The notes under the pieces: model-generated | What the model was told of the DNA's origin: nothing | Databases searched by the model: none | What the model saw: only the letters and a program-made list of their open reading frames with translations | Made by a program: the position numbers and the translations under genes | Shown: positions 21,163 to 26,974 of the stretch, piece after piece | How positions within the stretch are numbered: the stretch's first letter is position 1 | How the letters are laid out: each line of letters starts with the position of its first letter | From: Erysipelotrichaceae bacterium | GTDB lineage: Bacteria; Bacillota_I; Bacilli_A; Erysipelotrichales; Erysipelotrichaceae | Length of the DNA stretch: 26,974 bases | Direction of reading: 5' to 3' | NCBI GenBank assembly: GCA_963609745.1 | Contig: CAVDLK010000001.1 | Span: 1-26,974, forward strand

Positions 21163-21817
21163 TACAGTTGTAAATATGATTTTAGTAGGTGTTTTAGAAA
21201 CACTATTGATGGTTGTTGTTGCCACTATTTTTGGTTATTTATTTGGTTTACCACTTGGTATTTGCTTATATATAAGTGATTCAGATGGTATTAAGCCAAA
21301 TAAGGCGTTATATCGTATATTAGATTTTATTGTTAATATTGGTAGATCTATTCCATTTTTGATTCTATTAATCTTAATTATTCCTTTAACTAAATTAATA
21401 GTTGGTAAACCTTATGGTACGGTTGCAACTATTGTACCTTTAACAGTTAGTGCTATTCCTTTTATTGGTAGAATGGTTGAATCTAGTTTAAAGGAAGTTG
21501 ATAAGGGCGTTATTGAAGCTGCTGAGTCTATGGGTGCTTCAACTTTACAAATAATAGTTAAGGTATTATTAGTAGAAGCTAAACCTTCTTTAATTAATGG
21601 GGCAACTATTTGTCTAGGAACAATTTTAGGTTATAGTGCTATGGCAGGAACAGTTGGTGGCGGTGGACTTGGTGATATCGCAATCAGGTATGGTTACTAT
21701 CGTTATCAAACTGATATTATGATTATTACTGTTGTCATTATTGTTGTATTGGTACAATTATTTCAATATATTGGTAATATGTTGGCAATTAAATTAGACC
21801 ATCGTAAAAATTTATAA
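21152..21817 (+). CDS. metI: Methionine ABC transporter permease
   Basis: RSIPFLIL and YSAMAGTVGGGGLGDIAIRYGY; SD GAGG precedes ATG 21152. Confidence 0.95.
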   Translation: MGNSTVVNMILVGVLETLLMVVVATIFGYLFGLPLGICLYISDSDGIKPNKALYRILDFIVNIGRSIPFLILLILIIPLTKLIVGKPYGTVATIVPLTVSAIPFIGRMVESSLKEVDKGVIEAAESMGASTLQIIVKVLLVEAKPSLINGATICLGTILGYSAMAGTVGGGGLGDIAIRYGYYRYQTDIMIITVVIIVVLVQLFQYIGNMLAIKLDHRKNL

Positions 21818-21823
21818 TGATAC

Positions 21824-21852
21824 TTGTATCAAAATTCATGTAGTGCTAATAT
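21824..21852 (+). promoter_or_regulatory. Sigma-A promoter upstream of the SAM riboswitch
   Basis: TTGTAT-17 bp-TAATAT with an extended -10 TG. Confidence 0.6.
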
Positions 21853-21858
21853 AGTTAT

Positions 21859-21977
21859 GTCCATAAAGAGAGGTGGAGAGACAAGCTCTATGAATCCTCA
21901 GCAACCTGCTTGCAAGGTGCTAATGCTTGAATGATGGGTCTAGTAAATCATTTACCCATCAAATATGATGGGTTTTA
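21859..21977 (+). promoter_or_regulatory. SAM-I (S-box) riboswitch, compact variant without P4, with terminator
   Basis: CCAT-AAAGAG, kink-turn P2 (GGTGGAGAGACAAGCTCTATGAATCC), GCAACC...AAGGTGCTAA, pseudoknot CAAGC/GCTTG and P1 3' strand GATGGG. Terminator ACCCATCA-AATA-TGATGGGT-TTT competes with antiterminator GATGGGT/ACCCATC. Confidence 0.9.
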
Positions 21978-22005
21978 ATATTTATGGATAGAAAAGGGGA
22001 GAAAA

Positions 22006-22551
22006 ATGAATAAAAAAGTATTTTCAACAAAAACTATTGTTGCAACTGGACTTGGAGCTGCATTGTTCCTAGTTCTATTTATGTTTGTTAAGGTACCATC
22101 ACCTGTTGCTAACACAAACATTCAATTTGCTTATGGTGTATCAACATTCTTTGGTGCATTATTTGGTCCTATCTGTGGTGGCTTAGTAGCATTTGCTGGC
22201 CATGCTTTAAATGACTTCTTATCATATGGATCATGCTGGTGGTCATGGATTATTGCTTCTGGTGTTGCTGGTGTATTTGCTGGTATTCCTTACTTCAAAT
22301 CAAATATTGAAGCTGGCGAAAAACCTGGCGTTTCATTCTATATTTGGAATGTTGTTGGTCATGCTGTTGCTTGGCTATTAGTTGCTCCAGTTCTTGATAT
22401 CGTTATGTATGGCGAAGATAAGAGCTTAGTATTCTTACAAGGTATCACAGCCTTCATCGTTAATGCATTATCAAGTGTTATCGTTGGTGCAATCCTATCA
22501 ATCGCTTATTCTAAGACAAGAACTTCAAAGGGAAGCCTAGACAAAGAATAA
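22006..22551 (+). CDS. ECF transporter S component (UPF0397/MtsT-like, SAM/methionine-regulated)
   Basis: KTIVATGLGAALF, VPSPVANTNIQFAYG, FGPICG, GHALND, WWSWII and C-terminal TSKGSL; about 6 TM helices. Confidence 0.88.
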   Translation: MNKKVFSTKTIVATGLGAALFLVLFMFVKVPSPVANTNIQFAYGVSTFFGALFGPICGGLVAFAGHALNDFLSYGSCWWSWIIASGVAGVFAGIPYFKSNIEAGEKPGVSFYIWNVVGHAVAWLLVAPVLDIVMYGEDKSLVFLQGITAFIVNALSSVIVGAILSIAYSKTRTSKGSLDKE

Positions 22552-22559
22552 TTCAAATG

Positions 22560-22581
22560 AGTCGGTGAAAGCCGACTTTTT
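22560..22581 (+). terminator. Intrinsic terminator after the S component
   Basis: AGTCGGT-GAAA-GCCGACT followed by TTTT. Confidence 0.8.
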
Positions 22582-22612
22582 GTATGCTTATTTTTTGTTA
22601 TAATCTTTATGT

Positions 22613-24316
22613 ATGAAAAACATTATTGAATTTAATAATTTTAGTTTCAAATACTTTTCTCAAAAGAATCCTACTTTAAAAAATATTAATTTAAAGATTA
22701 AGCAAGGAGAAAAGATTTTAATTGCTGGTTTATCTGGTAGTGGTAAATCAACATTGGGAAATTGTATCAATGGTTTAATTCCTTTTGTATATGAGGGTGA
22801 GATAAGTGGTGAATGTATTATTGATGGTAAAAACATTCAAGAAATGTCAGTTGCTGAATTGTCTAAAACAGTTGGTACAGTCTTACAAGATACTGATGGT
22901 CAATTTGTTGGTTTAACAGTTGGTGAAGATATTGCTTTCGCAATGGAAAATGATTGTGTTTCTTATAACGAGTTACATAGTAGAGTTGATGACATTGCTT
23001 CAAAGATTGATATTGTTGATTTATTAAAAAAAGCACCAGGAGAATTATCAGGTGGACAAAAACAAAGAGTATCTTTGGCTGGTGTATTAGTTGATGATGT
23101 AAAGATATTATTATTTGATGAACCTTTGGCAAATCTAGATCCTGCTACTGGTAAGAATACTATTGAATTAATTGATGAAATTGCGAAAAGGACTTCAGCT
23201 ACAATTATTATCATTGAACATCGTTTAGAAGATGTTTTATATAAGAGTATTGATCGTATTATTTTATTTGATGATGGCAAGATAGTTAATGATTCTACTC
23301 CTGATGAACTACTTTCCACAAATAAATTAATTGAATCAGGTATAAGAGAACCACTTTATTTAAGTGCTATTAAGTTTGCTGGAGTGAAGGTAAATAAGGA
23401 TGATCATCCTGGTTATATTGATTCATTAAAATTAAATGATGATGATAAAAATAAGATAAGAAATTGGGTTTCAAATAATCGTCAAGTACCTAAGGTATAT
23501 AATGATGTAACTTTAAAATTAGAGAATTTAAATTTTAGTTATGATGGTATAAAAAATAATGTTGATGATGTTTCTTTTAATGTTAATAAGGGAGAAATGT
23601 TAGCCATTGTTGGTAAAAATGGTGCTGGTAAGTCTACTATTTCTAAATTATTGTCTGGTTTTATTCAATTAGATTCAGGAAGAATATTACTAAATGATAG
23701 AGATTTGAAGGATGATACTATCTTTGAAAGAGGACAGAAGATTGGTTTAGTATTACAAAATCCTAATCAGATGATATGCAATACAATGATTTATGATGAA
23801 GTTGCTTATGGTTTAGTCAATATGCATATTGATGAAGAGGAAATTAAAAATAGAGTTGATGAAATATTGAAAGTATGTGGTTTATATGAATTTAGAAATT
23901 GGCCAATTAGTGCTTTAAGTTATGGTCAAAAGAAAAGAGTTACTATTGCTTCTATTATTGTAATGAAACCAGATATATTGATATTAGATGAACCTACAGC
24001 TGGCCAAGATTATCATCATTATACAGAAATCATGGATTTCTTAAGTGATTTAAATAAGAAGGGATATACCATTATTATCATTACTCATGATATGCATTTG
24101 ATGTTAGAGTATTGTAATAGATGCGTTGTAATATTGGATGGTAAAAAAGTATATGATGGTTTATGTGCTGAAGTTTTAGTTGATGATGCTATTGTGAATA
24201 AGGCTAATCTAAAGAAAACATCATTATATTATCTAGCTGAACAAGTAGGCTTAGATCCAATTGATGTAACATTGTCTTACATAAATACTGAAAGAGGTAT
24301 GCGCAATGAAGATTAA
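22613..24316 (+). CDS. ECF transporter duplicated (A-A') ATPase
   Basis: Two NBDs: GLSGSGKST/LSGGQKQR/FDEPLANLD and GKNGAGKST/LSYGQKKR/LDEPTAGQD; linker GIREPLY. Confidence 0.95.
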   Translation: MKNIIEFNNFSFKYFSQKNPTLKNINLKIKQGEKILIAGLSGSGKSTLGNCINGLIPFVYEGEISGECIIDGKNIQEMSVAELSKTVGTVLQDTDGQFVGLTVGEDIAFAMENDCVSYNELHSRVDDIASKIDIVDLLKKAPGELSGGQKQRVSLAGVLVDDVKILLFDEPLANLDPATGKNTIELIDEIAKRTSATIIIIEHRLEDVLYKSIDRIILFDDGKIVNDSTPDELLSTNKLIESGIREPLYLSAIKFAGVKVNKDDHPGYIDSLKLNDDDKNKIRNWVSNNRQVPKVYNDVTLKLENLNFSYDGIKNNVDDVSFNVNKGEMLAIVGKNGAGKSTISKLLSGFIQLDSGRILLNDRDLKDDTIFERGQKIGLVLQNPNQMICNTMIYDEVAYGLVNMHIDEEEIKNRVDEILKVCGLYEFRNWPISALSYGQKKRVTIASIIVMKPDILILDEPTAGQDYHHYTEIMDFLSDLNKKGYTIIIITHDMHLMLEYCNRCVVILDGKKVYDGLCAEVLVDDAIVNKANLKKTSLYYLAEQVGLDPIDVTLSYINTERGMRNED

Positions 24317-25139
24317 ACTATTTAGTTATAATCAATTAGATACCATAATTCATAAAATGTCAGGTTCTAGTAAACTTATTTGTTTTTTATTAGTAACTAG
24401 TGCTGTTATGTTTACCTATGATCCTAGAATTATTATTGGTATTCTAATTTTTTCTTTCATTATGTTATTTGTTTCCAAGATATCTTTTAAACAAATAAGG
24501 CCAATGTTGATGTATGTCTTTGTATTTTTATTGATTAATTTTGTATTAACTTATGTTATTTCTCCTGATTATGGACCTAAGATATATGGAACTAGAACAG
24601 TATTATTAAAATTATTTGGTAGATATGATATAACACAAGAACAATTATTATATCAATGCACAAAAACATTAAAATATTTTAGTGCTATACCTTTAGGTTT
24701 TATTTTCTTTCTAACAACCAATCCTAGTGAATTTGCTTCTAGTTTAAATGGTATTGGTGTTCCTTATAAGGCATGTACAGCATTATCATTAACATTACGT
24801 TATTTCCCTGATGTTCAAGTGGATTTTAATGATGTTTCTAATGCTCAACAAGCCAGAGGCTTAGATAATTCTAAGAAGGCTAAATTTAAAGATAGGGTAG
24901 TGAATACAACAAAGATAATTATTCCTTTAATATTTTCAACATTAGATAGAGTTGAATCTATTACTAATGCCATGGAACTTAGAGGTTATGGTAAGAATAA
25001 TAAGAGAACTTGGTATTCATATAGAAAAAAGACAAAGATAGATTATATTGCGATGTTTATTTGTTTATTAATATTATTATTTTCTTTATATATGCGTTTC
25101 TTTGTGGTTAAATCGATGTATTATAACCCTTTTGCTTAG
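24306..25139 (+). CDS. ecfT: ECF transporter transmembrane T component
   Basis: TTNPSEFASSL, LTLRYFP, AQQARG and AMELRGY (X-R-X motifs). Confidence 0.95.
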   Translation: MKIKLFSYNQLDTIIHKMSGSSKLICFLLVTSAVMFTYDPRIIIGILIFSFIMLFVSKISFKQIRPMLMYVFVFLLINFVLTYVISPDYGPKIYGTRTVLLKLFGRYDITQEQLLYQCTKTLKYFSAIPLGFIFFLTTNPSEFASSLNGIGVPYKACTALSLTLRYFPDVQVDFNDVSNAQQARGLDNSKKAKFKDRVVNTTKIIIPLIFSTLDRVESITNAMELRGYGKNNKRTWYSYRKKTKIDYIAMFICLLILLFSLYMRFFVVKSMYYNPFA

Positions 25140-25146
25140 GAGGAGT

Positions 25147-25989
25147 ATGAAAAAGTTATTAGTATTTCAAAGTGATTGGACATATGCTGAAGGTGCTGTT
25201 GCATCTACTTATGGTGTAATTAAAAGTGTTGATAGTGATATTGATATAATTACTGCTACTCATGAGATTCCGCAATTTGATATCTATAGTGCATCTTATC
25301 GTTTATATCAATATATGGATTTTTGGCCAAAAGGTACAATATTTGTTTCTGTAGTTGACCCAGGGGTTGGTACTTCTAGAAAAGCTTGTGTAGCCAAAAC
25401 TAAAAATGGTTATTATCTTGTTACTCCTGATAATGGTACTTTAACTCATATTGATAAATATTTTGGTATTGAAGAGGTAAGAGTAATAGATGAAAAAATA
25501 AATCGTTTGCATCGCTTAGATAATAATTTTGTTTCTATATTCCATGGCCGTGATTTATTTGGCTATTGTGCTGCTAGACTTGCTTCAAATATTATCACTT
25601 ATGAAGAAGTTGGTCCTAAATATGATATTAGTGAAATTGTTAGATTACCAATATTGGAAGCTAGAATTAATGGTGATTATATTGAGGGTATTTTTGAAAT
25701 TAATGATCCTAATTTTGGTAATATGTGGACTAATATACCTTTAGATATGTTTAATGAATTTGGTTTTAAGCATGGTGATCTTATTCATACCTTAATATAT
25801 AAAAAGGATGAATTGCTTTATGATTTACAGTTACCTTATTATGATTCTTTCTGTAAGGCTAAAGATTATTCAGTAATGATATATAACAATGAGTTAAATA
25901 AGATTGCTTTAGCTAAGGTACTTGGTAATCTATGTAAAGATTATAATTTAAGTTATGGTAGTGATTATAGAGTTATTTTTAAGAGGTGA
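25147..25989 (+). CDS. DUF62 SAM hydroxide adenosyltransferase family protein (divergent paralogue 1)
   Basis: SD AGGAGG precedes ATG 25147 (start moved from 25102). VSVVDPGVGTSRK, TPDNGTL and FHGRDLF. Confidence 0.92.
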   Translation: MKKLLVFQSDWTYAEGAVASTYGVIKSVDSDIDIITATHEIPQFDIYSASYRLYQYMDFWPKGTIFVSVVDPGVGTSRKACVAKTKNGYYLVTPDNGTLTHIDKYFGIEEVRVIDEKINRLHRLDNNFVSIFHGRDLFGYCAARLASNIITYEEVGPKYDISEIVRLPILEARINGDYIEGIFEINDPNFGNMWTNIPLDMFNEFGFKHGDLIHTLIYKKDELLYDLQLPYYDSFCKAKDYSVMIYNNELNKIALAKVLGNLCKDYNLSYGSDYRVIFKR

Positions 25990-25991
25990 GT

Positions 25992-26828
25992 ATGAATAAG
26001 TTATTAGTATTTCAATCAGATTTTGGTTTAGATGATGCAGCTATTAGTGCTATGGAAGGTGTTTCTTTTACTGTATGTAAAGATTTAAACATCAGACATT
26101 TAACTCATAATATTCCTCAATATAATACTTTTGATGCTTCATATAGACTATATCAAGCAATTAGTTATTGGCCTGAAGGCACAGTATTTGTTTCTATTGT
26201 TGATCCAGGAGTAGGAACAAGTAGAAAATCAGTTGTCGCAAAAACAAAGACTGGTCAATATATTGTTACTCCTGATAATGGTACTTTAACTCATATAGGT
26301 AAGTTTATTGGTATTGATGAAGTAAGGGAAATAGATGAAGCAGTAAATAGATTAAAGAATTCTGAAAAATCATATACTTTCCATGGTAGAGATGTATATG
26401 CTTATACTGCCGCCAAACTTGCTTCAGGATTAATTAGTTTTGAAGAAGTAGGACCTAAAGTTGATGATTATTGTAGTTTACCTTTATATGGTTATCATGA
26501 AATTGAAAATGGTCTTGAAGGTCAAGTTGACATTTTAGATGTAAGATATGGTTCTTTATGGACATCTATACCATATAAGGCTTTTAAAGAATGTGGCTTT
26601 GAATTTGGTGATAAATTATTAGTAGAAATTTTTAATAATGAAACAAAAGTATATAGTGGTATTATGTCTTATTGCAAGTCTTTTGCGGATGTAAGTATTA
26701 ATCAATCGCTAATTTATATGAATTCTACTAACCAGATGGCAATTGCCATAAATCAAAATTCGTTTGCGAAAGTATATGGAATTGGTGTAGGTAAGGGTTG
26801 GATTATTAAACTAACAAGAAATATCTAA
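25992..26828 (+). CDS. DUF62 SAM hydroxide adenosyltransferase (SAM-dependent chlorinase/fluorinase family), paralogue 2
   Basis: QSDFGLDD, VDPGVGTSRK, TPDNGTL, TFHGRDVY and LDVRYGSLWT. Confidence 0.95.
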   Translation: MNKLLVFQSDFGLDDAAISAMEGVSFTVCKDLNIRHLTHNIPQYNTFDASYRLYQAISYWPEGTVFVSIVDPGVGTSRKSVVAKTKTGQYIVTPDNGTLTHIGKFIGIDEVREIDEAVNRLKNSEKSYTFHGRDVYAYTAAKLASGLISFEEVGPKVDDYCSLPLYGYHEIENGLEGQVDILDVRYGSLWTSIPYKAFKECGFEFGDKLLVEIFNNETKVYSGIMSYCKSFADVSINQSLIYMNSTNQMAIAINQNSFAKVYGIGVGKGWIIKLTRNI

Positions 26829-26891
26829 AAGATTATAGTTATAATGTAATATTTTTTTGTAAATTTAACCTGTGTGATTTAGGAGTTAATT

Positions 26892-26974
26892 TTCAGTAAC
26901 CCACCACTAAAGTAGTGGGATTGTGACCAAGGTTGCAATTTTGCTGAATAGCCTCAGTTTCTTGTCTTGCCAAA
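26892..26974 (+). ncRNA. 5' end of a HEARO/omega-RNA scaffold (IS200/IS605 IscB/IsrB-type element end), truncated by the window
   Basis: TTCAGTA (26892-98) pairs with TGCTGAA (26942-48), enclosing CCCACCAC-TAAA-GTAGTGGG and ATTGTGAC-CAAG-GTTGCAAT, and is followed by TAGCCTCAG. This is the same layout as the GTCAA.ACCC..CTAAAG..GGG...TTGAC.AGCCT.AG start of omega-RNAs. Confidence 0.7.

Noticed and set aside
20769..25744. Small overlapping ORFs in metN, the ECF ATPase and the first DUF62 gene
   Set aside because: Fully nested in well-supported genes and without motifs.
25147..26828. DUF62 genes as true halogenases (fluorinase/chlorinase)
   Set aside because: Both keep the Asp-Arg-His triad (DPGVG..R, FHGRD) typical of the hydrolases, and there is no secondary-metabolite gene context.
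26900..26919. Hairpin CCCACCACTAAAGTAGTGGG as the DUF62 operon terminator
   Set aside because: It has no T tract and is nested in a larger junction that matches omega-RNA/IS200-IS605 ends.
1..26974. CRISPR array, tRNA/rRNA, or introns/inteins in rpoB or rpoC
   Set aside because: No regularly spaced repeats or tRNA/rRNA motifs were seen by eye, and the RNAP inserts lack intein splice motifs.

Overview
This is a low-GC Firmicutes chromosome segment; the RpoB/RpoC inserts and gene order suggest an Erysipelotrichaceae-like organism (inference). From left to right it holds the 3' part of an ABC exporter, a decayed foreign patch (frameshifted pstS fragment plus an AbiEi/AbiEii type IV TA pair whose toxin has two -1 frameshifts), and L10 leader-rplJ-rplL-ybxB-rpoB-rpoC, where RpoB has an H526N-equivalent residue and large inserts. 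Next come a rhomboid protease, a membrane hypothetical, an orphan UlaABC-type PTS, a polar amino acid (cystine-like) ABC transporter and an NlpC/P60 protein. A Met T-box precedes metQNI. A compact SAM-I riboswitch lacking P4 precedes an ECF S component, followed by the ECF ATPase, EcfT and two divergent tandem DUF62 SAM hydrolases. The last ~80 nt look like the 5' end of an IS200/IS605 OMEGA (HEARO/omega-RNA, IscB-type) scaffold sitting directly after a ribosome-binding site. The best leads are this omega-RNA end, the SAM riboswitch/ECF/double-DUF62 module, and a recurring leaderless-promoter pattern.
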